In this document: positions 38,228 to 47,970 of the stretch, piece after piece
Layout of the letters: each line of letters starts with the position of its first letter
How positions within the stretch are numbered: position 1 is the first letter of the stretch
Source: a virus
Lineage: Duplodnaviria; Caudoviricetes
Strand: one strand, 5' to 3'
IMG/VR virus record: IMGVR_UViG_3300042870_001240
DNA: 64,000 nt
Made by a program: the position numbers and the translations under genes
Notes under the pieces: generated by a model
The model's database searches: none
Seen by the model: the letters and a program-made list of their open reading frames with translations, nothing else
What the model was told of the DNA's origin: nothing

Positions 38228-38620
38228 ATGACAATAGAACAAGAAATACAATCATTAAACAAGATTATTAATTCAGGTCTTATATTATCAGTATATCCAA
38301 ATGTAGACCATATTGATGTGTCTTTTGATGGGACACACCATCCATATCTTATTTATAAGATGTATTTAAAAGATAAAGACGCCACTAATAATGATTTGTA
38401 TAATGATGTCGACCCTTTTTATTTAGTTGACTATCACGTAATGAACATCATTTCAAAACTAATTCCTTTTGAACACTTACCAATCAAAGATGATGGTTAT
38501 CAACTGATTGTTTATAATGGAAGTGGTATTCCAATTTTTGATTGGGAACATGAATTAAGTGTAATGAATAGAGGTTCTTTAGGTAGAAGTGATTGGGAAC
38601 AAAGGTCTAAAAACCGATAA
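38228..38620 (+). CDS. Hypothetical protein (130 aa)
   Basis: ORF behind GTATTTAT. Confidence 0.7.
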   Translation: MTIEQEIQSLNKIINSGLILSVYPNVDHIDVSFDGTHHPYLIYKMYLKDKDATNNDLYNDVDPFYLVDYHVMNIISKLIPFEHLPIKDDGYQLIVYNGSGIPIFDWEHELSVMNRGSLGRSDWEQRSKNR

Positions 38621-39233
38621 ACTCAGTTTTAACATATGAGACCATCCATTCATTGTCAACTAACGCAGTTTCACCTTCTAAGATTTCATCAATATGAGGA
38701 TATGAATGGTCTGTCTCAGAGTATTTATTTCCTTTTTGAAATGACTGATAACGTTCCACGGTAAATTCAATTTTGGATTCAACTTTACCTTTATTTTGTG
38801 TATATAAAAATACTTTTAAAGGTTTGACATAATTTTTTATTACTAAAGCATTCTCAATAATCTCTATTTCTGCATTAACAGGTTTAATATCTATCTCGTG
38901 AGAACCAACTTTTAATACTTTAACAGTTTTAAGATAGTTTTTTATTTTTGTGAGTAATTCTTCATTAATGTATAAAGATTCCTCGTCATTTGAAGAACGG
39001 ATAAGTGTATGGACTTCTTTTTGTATTCCCAATAATTTCTGAAATGACTCCATACTTTCATTTGCAAACCCTTTTAATGCCGCATAACTATACGACACAT
39101 CATTAGGATTAATTACCTCAAACACCATTGTTTGACTATGGTCAAACCCAAGTGGTCGTAACAAAACCCCGTTAACATTTAAAGTCCCATTAAGATATTT
39201 GGTATATAATTCTAAATACTTTTTACTTATCAT
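38607..39233 (-). CDS. Hypothetical protein (208 aa)
   Basis: ORF. Confidence 0.7.
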   Translation of the reverse strand: MISKKYLELYTKYLNGTLNVNGVLLRPLGFDHSQTMVFEVINPNDVSYSYAALKGFANESMESFQKLLGIQKEVHTLIRSSNDEESLYINEELLTKIKNYLKTVKVLKVGSHEIDIKPVNAEIEIIENALVIKNYVKPLKVFLYTQNKGKVESKIEFTVERYQSFQKGNKYSETDHSYPHIDEILEGETALVDNEWMVSYVKTEFIGF

Positions 39234-39790
39234 CCTACATCTGACTTATAATTTATCGAGTCCATTACAAATGAAATCCCTGTTTTATCTTCAACATTAT
39301 CACTAATGTATTCATGAATACAATCTTCAATTTCACTCTCAATCTCCCAACCGTAGTCATCACTATTTCTAGCCTCTTCCAACTTATGTAAAGTTCCATC
39401 CTCAAGTAAGATTACCGTGCCGTTAATGTCATCAACCGTTACCGTAACAATAAATTGTGCTCCATCATCCTCAACATTATCAATAGTAAAATTAAATTCA
39501 TAACCACCACATTTGTTTATGGTATGTTCTTTCTTATTGAAGAACTCCATGGCGATTTCTTGAGCCTTATCTACACCAAGATATTCGGTTAACCATCTTT
39601 GGACATCGACCATTCTGATACCTGTTTGATTTTTAAGTCCGCCATGATACTGAAATCCAAATAATTTTGTCATTGTATCAGTTAATCCAGGACCAACTTT
39701 GTCCCAATATTTAAACAACATCTTTTTATAAGACTCTTGTTCTTTTACTTTATCTAATTGGTCTTCAGTAATTTTAATTCTCATATACAT
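39230..39790 (-). CDS. Hypothetical protein with MRIKITE leader
   Basis: ORF, TATTTAT upstream. Confidence 0.7.
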   Translation of the reverse strand: MYMRIKITEDQLDKVKEQESYKKMLFKYWDKVGPGLTDTMTKLFGFQYHGGLKNQTGIRMVDVQRWLTEYLGVDKAQEIAMEFFNKKEHTINKCGGYEFNFTIDNVEDDGAQFIVTVTVDDINGTVILLEDGTLHKLEEARNSDDYGWEIESEIEDCIHEYISDNVEDKTGISFVMDSINYKSDVG

Positions 39791-39809
39791 AAATATAAGG
39801 TTTTGAGGT

Positions 39810-40334
39810 TTAGTTCACCCCAAAAACCTTATCTAAATATACTTTCATTGAGTAACACATGTGATATTCTTTAATGTCTAAACTTTTAATGAAATCCTCA
39901 TTCTCTTTCTTATACATCTCGAACATACGACTACCTGACATCTTAGAGTATTCAACATTTGCGATTCGGTCACACATCTTAACAAATATACCGTATTTTT
40001 CTGACCTAATACCTTCATAATACTTATCATTTGCACGTTCTTTACGAGTTTTACCTTTCTCATTAGTTAAAGCGTAAACCAAATCGGCAACGTAATGACC
40101 TAACTCCGATTTAACATCATTGTAAGTAACACGAGTGTCCTCGATTAAATCGTGCCCAAAACAAGCCATTTTAACATCTTCTCGTTTTATCTCTTCAACC
40201 AAATGTTTGAATCTCTCAAATACCCCAACAACCATTCGTAAATGATATTCATATGGAAGATATTCCGCATACATGTGATTAGTATTTTTGTGTTGGGTAA
40301 TAACCCATCTTATTTTTTCTTCTGTTGATTTCAT
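39810..40334 (-). CDS. HD-domain (p)ppGpp hydrolase-like protein (SpoT/Mesh1 HD)
   Basis: PYEYHL..V, GHDLIEDT, VADLV.ALT, VKMCDRIAN motifs; TATCTTTG upstream. Confidence 0.8.
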   Translation of the reverse strand: MKSTEEKIRWVITQHKNTNHMYAEYLPYEYHLRMVVGVFERFKHLVEEIKREDVKMACFGHDLIEDTRVTYNDVKSELGHYVADLVYALTNEKGKTRKERANDKYYEGIRSEKYGIFVKMCDRIANVEYSKMSGSRMFEMYKKENEDFIKSLDIKEYHMCYSMKVYLDKVFGVN

Positions 40335-40369
40335 ACTACAAAGATAATAATTTTTTAATTAAAAACAAA

Positions 40370-40588
40370 TTACGAAACAATAAACATATTCGTATTTGCG
40401 ATTGGCAATCTCATCACAGGGAGAGCGTTACTGTCCTCATTAGGTTTTTGCATAACCTCATAGAAACCATTATCCGAACATTTCACAGTCGTTATGTTGT
40501 CCATTCTCTCCATAATTGTTGACGCCCCTCTGTGTCCAGATGTTAAGGAAATTGTCTTGTCTTTTGTGTTAAAAACTAAAGTTTGCAT
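40370..40588 (-). CDS. Hypothetical protein (72 aa)
   Basis: ORF. Confidence 0.65.
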   Translation of the reverse strand: MQTLVFNTKDKTISLTSGHRGASTIMERMDNITTVKCSDNGFYEVMQKPNEDSNALPVMRLPIANTNMFIVS

Positions 40589-40651
40589 GATATATATATT
40601 TTGGTTTGATGTTAGTTAAATAAAAGGGGAGAGTCATCTCTCCCCTTAAGA

Positions 40652-41392
40652 TTAAATCATCTTCAAGATGACTTCGGTCTTTCCATCCCATTTGATGATA
40701 CGTGATTTAGGAACCCAAAATTCTAAAATCCCAATCTCTTCCACCTTTTTCAAATAATCCTCTCGGAAACGCTCTGCTTGACTTAGGTCAGTGATGTATT
40801 CAACACCCATGTGTTTAGCACATGTCTTACCCATCTTAGTTAACATTGAGAACTCATCAGTCAATGTTTTAGCACAACACACACAAACATCACCACGTTT
40901 TACTGTCATCTTACCTGAGAACTTAACCGCCTTTGGAGACACTGCCAATACTTTAGTGATGTCCAAAAGGATTGGATTGAATTTCAAACCATATTGTTCC
41001 TTCATCTGTTGTCCGATAGAACGTCCAACTTTGATTGTCTCACCAATAGTAGGGATATTCATCTTACGAGTGTTCGCTTTGTCTTCCTCTTTTTGGATTT
41101 GTTTAACCGCCGCAGATGTCTGAGGGAAAGTAAGAGTTCCGTAAGACAACAATTTTTTCTTGATGTCCAATACGAAAGAGTTCTCTCCCACGTAGTTAGC
41201 AATTCTCTTCATATCCTCAGGTAATTCATCTACCTTCACTTCAGACTTGGTCATTAAGGCCTTCTCAACTGCCGCCAATTGTTTCTCAGTCAAACGACCG
41301 TATTTAGATAATGAGTCCTTCATTTTAAGAACGAAAGAGTTATTTCCTTGATAATTCTTGATTTTTGATGTAGTTGTTACTGTAGTTGTCAT
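40652..41392 (-). CDS. Hypothetical protein with a DUF6011-like zinc motif
   Basis: CxxC..TLTD..S.....GKTCAKH; TATCTTTG upstream. Confidence 0.6.
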   Translation of the reverse strand: MTTTVTTTSKIKNYQGNNSFVLKMKDSLSKYGRLTEKQLAAVEKALMTKSEVKVDELPEDMKRIANYVGENSFVLDIKKKLLSYGTLTFPQTSAAVKQIQKEEDKANTRKMNIPTIGETIKVGRSIGQQMKEQYGLKFNPILLDITKVLAVSPKAVKFSGKMTVKRGDVCVCCAKTLTDEFSMLTKMGKTCAKHMGVEYITDLSQAERFREDYLKKVEEIGILEFWVPKSRIIKWDGKTEVILKMI

Positions 41393-41454
41393 ATGTCTTT
41401 GTTTTTGTTTTACAAAGATATATAACTTTTAACGATTACCCAAATTTATTTTAA

Positions 41455-41985
41455 TTATTTTTGACCAGAAGTGGTAAACCATCTATAAGATTCTAAATCT
41501 ATTTCGGAACCTAAAACTTTCTGAAGTTCGTCAACAAATTTTATCCTATCTTTTTCCTTCCAAGTATTTTTGTGGTCATATAACCCAAATCTAACAACAG
41601 GATTGTCCCCTTCCGCAGATATAACCACATTAACTTCAGGACGACTAGTTTGTTTAATCGCTCTTTGTATCTTGTGTTCAATTTGGTCTAAGTATTTGTA
41701 ATTTTTAAAATTGAAGGAAACTCTAAGATTAACATCGAAAAACTTTTTAATTTCCTCAGCAATATATTCTATCTTTTCGATTGGTCTATAATCATTAACC
41801 AATTCTTCTGTATATTTTTTATCAAACTTACCACTATTTTTATCCATCTTCTCACAATCAACCACCAACATTAAATAAAAATCATTATGACGTTGTTCAA
41901 TTTTAAACTCAAACATAGGATTACCCATTTGAGCATAACTTAATATCGCTTTTTCAGGAATTTTATTTGGTGTTATATCGGACAT
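41455..41985 (-). CDS. Hypothetical protein (176 aa)
   Basis: ORF. Confidence 0.7.
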   Translation of the reverse strand: MSDITPNKIPEKAILSYAQMGNPMFEFKIEQRHNDFYLMLVVDCEKMDKNSGKFDKKYTEELVNDYRPIEKIEYIAEEIKKFFDVNLRVSFNFKNYKYLDQIEHKIQRAIKQTSRPEVNVVISAEGDNPVVRFGLYDHKNTWKEKDRIKFVDELQKVLGSEIDLESYRWFTTSGQK

Positions 41986-41987
41986 AA

Positions 41988-42938
41988 TTAATGTGGGTGT
42001 TGAAATACAAAGATAGTATTATCTTTTGACAAATAGTCTCTATTGTCAGAAATAATTTTTTCTATAATTCCTCTTTCTAAATCCTCAGAGAATGGACTAG
42101 GGTGAATATACCCATCAGGATTAACAACCATTTTATTGGTTCCCTCAACAGTTCCCGCTTTATTAATAGTAATTTCAAACTTTATCTTATCTCTAACTTT
42201 TTTAGCGTTTGTAATAGTATAGTCAACCTTCTTCTTATCATCTCCCCATCCTATAGTTAATAGTTTTTTAGTCCCTTTCAACACTTTAGTAAACTTATCA
42301 CTAAAGTTACTAACTCTATTAGTTTTAACATTAGATAAACTCTCACCATTCATGATGGATTTTATCTCATCAGGTGTTACAGAAATAACTTCATCTTTTA
42401 TATTACTATCATAAGAATTTCTTTTGGGGTTTGACCCTGATAAATGTTTTCCTGTTGATGATGAGTAACTATTACTTACTCGATACCATTGGTCTTCTAT
42501 AAATAAATAAATTGGATACCAATTATATGATGTAACAACATAATACCATTGGTTATTAGGGTTAACATCCCAATGTCCTTCTAAATTAGACCCTTTGAAT
42601 GGGATTCTACCTGTCGTGTAATTATATGCACTGTTGTTAGGTGTTCTTCTTTGTTTGAAATCTCTATAATGAACAAAGTTCTTACCATCTAATTTTTCGT
42701 AATCACCTTCTGGTCTGTAGTTGGCGGTATAAACCTCATAGTAGAATCTTGCGTCGTTAGGACTTCTACCAATCATTGGCATCATTACCTTAATTAATTC
42801 AAGTAATTTTGGTTGAGTTTTGACTTCATCCTTATGTTTGTTAAGGTATTTGAACAATCTAATTTCTTTCTCAGATAATGGTTTGTCGTCAGAACCTTCC
42901 AATTGTTCTCTTAATATTCTTTTAATTAAATTTTTCAT
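41988..42938 (-). CDS. Hypothetical protein with MKNLIKRILRE leader
   Basis: Likely ATG at 42938. Confidence 0.7.
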   Translation of the reverse strand: MKNLIKRILREQLEGSDDKPLSEKEIRLFKYLNKHKDEVKTQPKLLELIKVMMPMIGRSPNDARFYYEVYTANYRPEGDYEKLDGKNFVHYRDFKQRRTPNNSAYNYTTGRIPFKGSNLEGHWDVNPNNQWYYVVTSYNWYPIYLFIEDQWYRVSNSYSSSTGKHLSGSNPKRNSYDSNIKDEVISVTPDEIKSIMNGESLSNVKTNRVSNFSDKFTKVLKGTKKLLTIGWGDDKKKVDYTITNAKKVRDKIKFEITINKAGTVEGTNKMVVNPDGYIHPSPFSEDLERGIIEKIISDNRDYLSKDNTIFVFQHPH

Positions 42939-43040
42939 GTTACATATAAATATACATGAAAAAGAAAGTTCATTCATAAACACAAAGATAATAAAAAACC
43001 CCCACTAAAAATAGTGAGGGTCTTGATTATTTTTTAATTT

Positions 43041-43481
43041 TTACTTTAAGAATCTTAATTTATATAAAGTCGAATTAAGTAACTTACAAACATTGTCGAT
43101 TTCATTTTGGATGTATGAATCTTTACAACAATCTCTTAAGTCTTCAACTTTACTGTATAAGTCTTTAAAATAGTTAACCGTTGTTGTGGTGTCTTTATAA
43201 TCCTCAATGTCATATTTTTTATACCCTTTAATAATACTATACTTACCTTGATAAGATTCAATTAAACCGTCAACAATATCTCCAATCTCGTCATAGTATC
43301 CACCCAATGCACTGTGTTCAGCGAATGATTTAGTTTGTAAATGTAAAGTATGTGCTTGAGTTCTTGAATGAAACAATAACGACACCATCTCAATAAAATC
43401 TTTAGTGTTTGTTTTTTGTTCGATTAGTAAACCTCGTTTGGTCACTTCTTCAAATAGTCTATCTTTAAAATCTTGGTTCAT
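43041..43481 (-). CDS. Dps/ferritin-like protein (DUF5856-like)
   Basis: AHTLHLQTKSFAEHSALGGYYD...DGLIESYQG. Confidence 0.7.
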   Translation of the reverse strand: MNQDFKDRLFEEVTKRGLLIEQKTNTKDFIEMVSLLFHSRTQAHTLHLQTKSFAEHSALGGYYDEIGDIVDGLIESYQGKYSIIKGYKKYDIEDYKDTTTTVNYFKDLYSKVEDLRDCCKDSYIQNEIDNVCKLLNSTLYKLRFLK

Positions 43482-43510
43482 AATAATGTTTAACAATAAA
43501 TACCTAACAA

Positions 43511-43771
43511 TTAAGAAAAATTAATCATAAAATCATCATATATCGAAAACAATTTCATAATGTTTTTTATTTCTTTATTAATGTAATGTCGGATAATTTT
43601 TTCAGTAAACATTTTATACTCCTCAGGATTAGTTAAAGACAAAGTAATCTCTTTAATATCCCCATTAAAATTACCAACTTCAATTATATTAAACGACAAT
43701 TTTATCCCACCCTCAGATGGAATATTAAAGTAAATTGGTTTACCCCTATAGTATTTAGTGAACTGCTCCAT
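43511..43771 (-). CDS. Hypothetical protein (86 aa)
   Basis: ORF. Confidence 0.55.
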   Translation of the reverse strand: MEQFTKYYRGKPIYFNIPSEGGIKLSFNIIEVGNFNGDIKEITLSLTNPEEYKMFTEKIIRHYINKEIKNIMKLFSIYDDFMINFS

Positions 43772-43813
43772 ATAAAAATCCCCACCTTATTTAGGATGGG
43801 GATTTAGTTAATT

Positions 43814-45250
43814 TTATTTTGTTAATATGAATAACGAATTTTGTTTAACCACTCTTCCCAATAAATCAAAATATTTTGTAGTTCCATTATCTAACGAAAG
43901 ATGGTCAATCGATATAATATCCGAATAATCAAAATTATTATTAAAATCGATTTGTTTTAATCTATAATATATGTTAGTTATATTAGGGTATTCATATTTA
44001 TCATAAAATACATAGGTGTTTTGGAAAGAACTTGTTCCATGTCCTAAGACATATCCTACTACACCCCATTCCTCTCCATTTAATGAACGTTGTATTTCAA
44101 ATTTCCAATTATCCACTTCGGTCGCAGTTACCCATTTTAAATGATTGATATTATCTATTGACACACCATTAAAATACAACCACTTCACAGGTAATGTGTT
44201 TGGTAATACGTTTAATCTAGCAGATGTAGATGTTATTGGACTACAAGGTGAGTTTGATGCTTGGATTCTATATCTAAATCCATTCATACTATAGGAGATA
44301 GGACTAATAGTTAAAGTATCTCGTGAAATAGTATCTACGTTACTCCAACTAATTCCTGAATCGGATGAATATTGCCATATATGGTTATTTGGAGATGAAG
44401 ATATAAATCTTACAGTTGACCCATCAATTGCGGTTGTATCTATTGGATTAGTAGTAATGGTTGGGTTTGAGCGAATAGTGACGTTAAATGTAGTTGGAGT
44501 TGACCAAACACCAGTACAACCAACAACCGTTGATACCGTTCTTAAGTATTGAGTATCTGTTGTTGATATGGTTTGGGGTGATGGTAAAGAAGTACTTACC
44601 CCAACCGCTGACGATTGTAAATACGAATTGGCCGGAAAAGTGGCTACTGTAGATAAACAAGTAGGTGAAGTGTAAGTTGGAGTAGGAGAACTTGGGATTA
44701 AACACCCTGTTAATTTAATATCATCAATTCTAAACTGCAAACCAACTGTATTTGTGTTCATTCTAAACCTAATTCTTAAGTTAGCAGTTGCAGGAATAGT
44801 TCCTGTTGGTGTTATGCGAGACCATGTATTGGCGGTTCCCGCCCCTGTTGATAATGTAAATGATAGTGTGTCGTATGTTACACCATCAGTACTAACTTCT
44901 ATTTTTAAGTTAGAACCATTAGATGCCGTTGTCGTCTTTAAAATACCTAAACTCAACGATAGTGAAGTGTAGTTGGTAGTGTTAATTGTTCCAAATGTTA
45001 CGTTTGTGCCTACAGTATTTGTTATAAATGTATTTCCTTGCCCACTAGCTCCAACATACACAGATGATGGTAAAGTAGTTCTAACGTCTGCAGTTCCAGT
45101 GTAGGATAACACCCCATAATTTTGCCATCCAGTGAAGGATGAGACTGATGTTGTTGACGATGGATTACCACAGTTTTCTGTGAATATTGTTGATTGACCC
45201 ATTGATAGAAATGGGATGGTCATTAGGACCAGAATTTTAAATAACTTCAT
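43814..45250 (-). CDS. Secreted Bacteroidota-type beta-rich protein with a T9SS-cargo-like C-terminal region
   Basis: Signal peptide; LPVKWLYF...WVTATE....FEIQRS...YYRLKQIDF..YS and YFDLLGR motifs. Confidence 0.75.
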   Translation of the reverse strand: MKLFKILVLMTIPFLSMGQSTIFTENCGNPSSTTSVSSFTGWQNYGVLSYTGTADVRTTLPSSVYVGASGQGNTFITNTVGTNVTFGTINTTNYTSLSLSLGILKTTTASNGSNLKIEVSTDGVTYDTLSFTLSTGAGTANTWSRITPTGTIPATANLRIRFRMNTNTVGLQFRIDDIKLTGCLIPSSPTPTYTSPTCLSTVATFPANSYLQSSAVGVSTSLPSPQTISTTDTQYLRTVSTVVGCTGVWSTPTTFNVTIRSNPTITTNPIDTTAIDGSTVRFISSSPNNHIWQYSSDSGISWSNVDTISRDTLTISPISYSMNGFRYRIQASNSPCSPITSTSARLNVLPNTLPVKWLYFNGVSIDNINHLKWVTATEVDNWKFEIQRSLNGEEWGVVGYVLGHGTSSFQNTYVFYDKYEYPNITNIYYRLKQIDFNNNFDYSDIISIDHLSLDNGTTKYFDLLGRVVKQNSLFILTK

Positions 45251-45309
45251 TGTTTTTGTTTTAATTTTATTTTAATGTATCGAATTATTTAACCATAAAT
45301 ATTAATAGA

Positions 45310-45606
45310 TTATTTTAACGATAAAATAAACGCTAATTTGTATCCAACAAATGCTCCCAATGCGGCTGCCGCTGGAAATATCATGTATTTTCCTACTCGG
45401 GTTTCATACTTGTCTCGGTTAATAACTATACTCACAAACATATAGTATATTAGAAAATTAATCAACACTGCAATATCATATTTCATAATTATAAACACGG
45501 TAATTGTATTAGCAATAAATCCATACATGAAATTAACTGCTGACTCCTTTACCAACTCACCAACACTAGTACGAGCATCTAAAAATCTAAATTTCTTGTT
45601 TAACAT
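45310..45606 (-). CDS. Small membrane protein
   Basis: Three hydrophobic segments. Confidence 0.65.
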   Translation of the reverse strand: MLNKKFRFLDARTSVGELVKESAVNFMYGFIANTITVFIIMKYDIAVLINFLIYYMFVSIVINRDKYETRVGKYMIFPAAAALGAFVGYKLAFILSLK

Positions 45607-45860
45607 TATATTCCGTATTTTGCTGGTTCATCCTCAATATAGAACTTAGAACCTAAATTGACCCCTACTATCTTAGTATTTAGGTATTGTTTTTTAATTT
45701 CATCCTGAATATCGTTGAATGATTGTGAGTCTTTCTCGTAGTAGTCTGTGAACATAACATATAACCCTTTATCAGTATCAAGGATATTGAACTCATGACC
45801 ATCATATACTCCAGGAGTTACTATAAGAAAGTAATTTGGTTTGTCTTCGATTTTTAACAT
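45606..45860 (-). CDS. Hypothetical protein (84 aa)
   Basis: ORF. Confidence 0.6.
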   Translation of the reverse strand: MLKIEDKPNYFLIVTPGVYDGHEFNILDTDKGLYVMFTDYYEKDSQSFNDIQDEIKKQYLNTKIVGVNLGSKFYIEDEPAKYGI

Positions 45861-45882
45861 ATTATTTATTTTTATTTATTTG

Positions 45883-45955
45883 TAGTCAGGACAGGATTCG
45901 AACCTATACAATAGAGCAATCGCTCAAAGCGTTTAACCAATTTCGCCACCTGACT
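45883..45955 (-). ncRNA. tRNA-like RNA 1 (acceptor, D and T arms; non-canonical 6-nt loop in place of the anticodon loop)
   Basis: AGTCAGG/CCTGACT stem, TGGCGAAATTGGTTAAACGC D arm, ATAGGTTCGAATCCTGT T arm. Confidence 0.7.
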
Positions 45956-46032
45956 ATTTACTTGTCTTTCCAAACTGTCAACTAAATTTCTAGGTAGTGG
46001 CACCTTTACACGGCCATTAGTTCTACTTGTGA

Positions 46033-46138
46033 TGGTAGTCAGGACAGGAATCGAACCTGTAACTTCTTTGTCATACAGAGTGCCATTAGCTGTTATCTCA
46101 ACCTTGATGGTGATACGTTACCACTACGCCACCTGACT
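46033..46138 (-). ncRNA. tRNA-like RNA 2 (encoded CCA; ~54-nt insert replacing the anticodon/variable region)
   Basis: Same acceptor stem; ACAGGTTCGATTCCTGT T arm; ends CCTGACT-A-CCA; TATATTTG at 46168-46175. Confidence 0.7.
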
Positions 46139-46203
46139 ATATTTTCCTTCTGTGTTTTATCTTATAACAAATATACGAACTTTATTTCGTATTTCCAAAT
46201 TCT

Positions 46204-46476
46204 TTACACTTCTGAGTGATGAATATTGTGATTAATTTCTATCCAACATTTAGCCCATATTAGATTTAGTCCTAACATGAAAGAGGGATATAGACTATAT
46301 TTTAGATTTCCACTACCTATACGAAGACACATATCTTTTCTAAAGAATATGCCAAGTTTCTTAACCTTATACTCATGAACTGTAGTGTATAAGTCTCCCG
46401 GTGAGTCCCATTTGTGACGAAATACCCCTTTCACAGTTATACCGCCTAACTTGAATTTCACTATTTTTCCTGCCAT
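46204..46476 (-). CDS. Hypothetical protein (90 aa)
   Basis: ORF. Confidence 0.6.
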   Translation of the reverse strand: MAGKIVKFKLGGITVKGVFRHKWDSPGDLYTTVHEYKVKKLGIFFRKDMCLRIGSGNLKYSLYPSFMLGLNLIWAKCWIEINHNIHHSEV

Positions 46477-46482
46477 GTTATT

Positions 46483-46716
46483 CTATTTAAAGTATTCATC
46501 ATAAATATCATCTGTGCTAACATTACCCCACTTTTTACCATACTTTACAAAACTAATTCCTTCCCTATGAAATTCCTCTAAAAGTTCTTTCTCCACGGAA
46601 AGCAATTGCTCAAGCTTCTCGTTGATTTCTTGAATATTCTTATCAGTTAATGTTTTTGCAGCGTTTGATTCAGTTGCGAACCAATCTCTAAATGTGGTTA
46701 TTGGTGTTTTTTTCAT
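46483..46716 (-). CDS. Hypothetical protein (77 aa)
   Basis: ORF. Confidence 0.6.
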   Translation of the reverse strand: MKKTPITTFRDWFATESNAAKTLTDKNIQEINEKLEQLLSVEKELLEEFHREGISFVKYGKKWGNVSTDDIYDEYFK

Positions 46717-46750
46717 GATATATTTTTCATTTATACTTTTATTTTTTTAG

Positions 46751-46879
46751 TAGTCAGGACAGGACTTGAACCTGTGATAGTATCCATCAGCACATTGATA
46801 AAGCAGATACTCCGTTGTACTTCTGTCAGAAAGTTTTTACGTCAATGTTTCGGTGCGTGTTCCAACTCGCCACCTGACT
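46751..46879 (-). ncRNA. tRNA-like RNA 3 (~80-nt structured insert)
   Basis: Same acceptor stem, D and T arms; insert contains ACATTGA/TCAATGT stem; TATCTTTG at 46886-46893 directly upstream. Confidence 0.7.
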
Positions 46880-46885
46880 ATAATA

Positions 46886-46893
46886 CAAAGATA
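46886..46893 (-). promoter_or_regulatory. Bacteroidota housekeeping-sigma -7 element (TAnnTTTG); representative of more than 12 copies
   Basis: TATCTTTG immediately upstream of tRNA-like RNA 3; the same motif precedes the 1862, 4106, 9453, 22292, 30079, 35927, 40334, 41392, 47970, 48774, 49641 and 63643 starts. Confidence 0.75.
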
Positions 46894-47007
46894 ATAAAAA
46901 AATTGGGGAATAAAAATAATTCTCCATTTTTTTATTTTTAATCCAAACTTTAAAACATAAAAAACCCCTCTTTGTTGGAGGGGTCTTAATAAGATATTTT
47001 TAATAAA

Positions 47008-47325
47008 TTACTTACCAATAATTAAATCATCAAAGTTTAATTTTCCCATACCATCATTAGATTCTTTACTGGTAAACTCATCATACATAAATGATTGAAC
47101 CACAGATGTAATACTTTGTTCCGCTTGGGCTATCTTAGTTTCCTGCCAGTCTTCAAGTTGTTCTCCGTCTTCCATTTCTTCCCACATCTTATAAGCTAAT
47201 GTCGCAATGGTGAACAACTGTTGCTTTGACATGTAAGACCCCTCTTCTTGATTTTCAGTCAAGGAATTTTTAACTCGGTTAGTTAATTTTTCCAATTGTT
47301 TTTCCGATATAATAATATTTTTCAT
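47008..47325 (-). CDS. Hypothetical protein with MKNIIISE leader
   Basis: SYMSKQQL...LEDWQETKIAQA module. Confidence 0.7.
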   Translation of the reverse strand: MKNIIISEKQLEKLTNRVKNSLTENQEEGSYMSKQQLFTIATLAYKMWEEMEDGEQLEDWQETKIAQAEQSITSVVQSFMYDEFTSKESNDGMGKLNFDDLIIGK

Positions 47326-47448
47326 GTTAGTCTTTATCTATAAATATACAACAGTAACATAAAAAAGGAGACGATTTCTCATCTCCTTAATTTGGGGCCG
47401 ATAATTCAGCGAATCCACCACCTTATTTTTCTAAACAAGGAAACAAAA

Positions 47449-47682
47449 CTATTCAGAAATAAGACTTGCATTATCATTTGTAATGACGCTATCAACATTT
47501 GATTGGTTTTCAACAATATGTTCGGTTTGAGTTGGTTTTGATAAATAATCATAACCCTCTTTCAACTTAATCACCGTAAAGGCAAACATAAGAATAAGTC
47601 CTATGAAAATCAACTTAACAACTTGTTTCCAAGTTTTAAATAAGATGTATAAAATTACCGCTAAAAATATAAGAAATCCCAT
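47449..47682 (-). CDS. Small membrane protein
   Basis: Two hydrophobic segments. Confidence 0.6.
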   Translation of the reverse strand: MGFLIFLAVILYILFKTWKQVVKLIFIGLILMFAFTVIKLKEGYDYLSKPTQTEHIVENQSNVDSVITNDNASLISE

Positions 47683-47694
47683 AATTGTTTATTT

Positions 47695-47970
47695 TTATTT
47701 TGTTACTAATGCTTCTACTTTACTTTTCATGTGGTCAGCCAAACCATAACTGTCTACCGATGTTAATACGATTGAATCAACCAAGTGTTTGAATGGTATG
47801 TGTACTAAGAAGTCCACCCCATTGAAGAATGTTAAGTCGTTCTTCAGTTCCAAACATCCGTGGATTATTTTAAGGAACAATTTGAACTGTGTTCCATCCA
47901 CGAATGTTTCGTCAACCAATTTACCGAATTTCTCGTTCTCAATTCTGATGTTGTATGTTGAAGTTGTCAT
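47695..47970 (-). CDS. Hypothetical protein (91 aa)
   Basis: TAAATTTG upstream. Confidence 0.7.
   Translation of the reverse strand: MTTSTYNIRIENEKFGKLVDETFVDGTQFKLFLKIIHGCLELKNDLTFFNGVDFLVHIPFKHLVDSIVLTSVDSYGLADHMKSKVEALVTK

Noticed and set aside
45883-46879. Calling the three elements canonical tRNAs (including a UCA suppressor reading of element 2) or tmRNA
   Set aside because: No proper 5-bp stem with a 7-nt U33 loop; no G3.U70 pair or tag ORF; too short for tmRNA.
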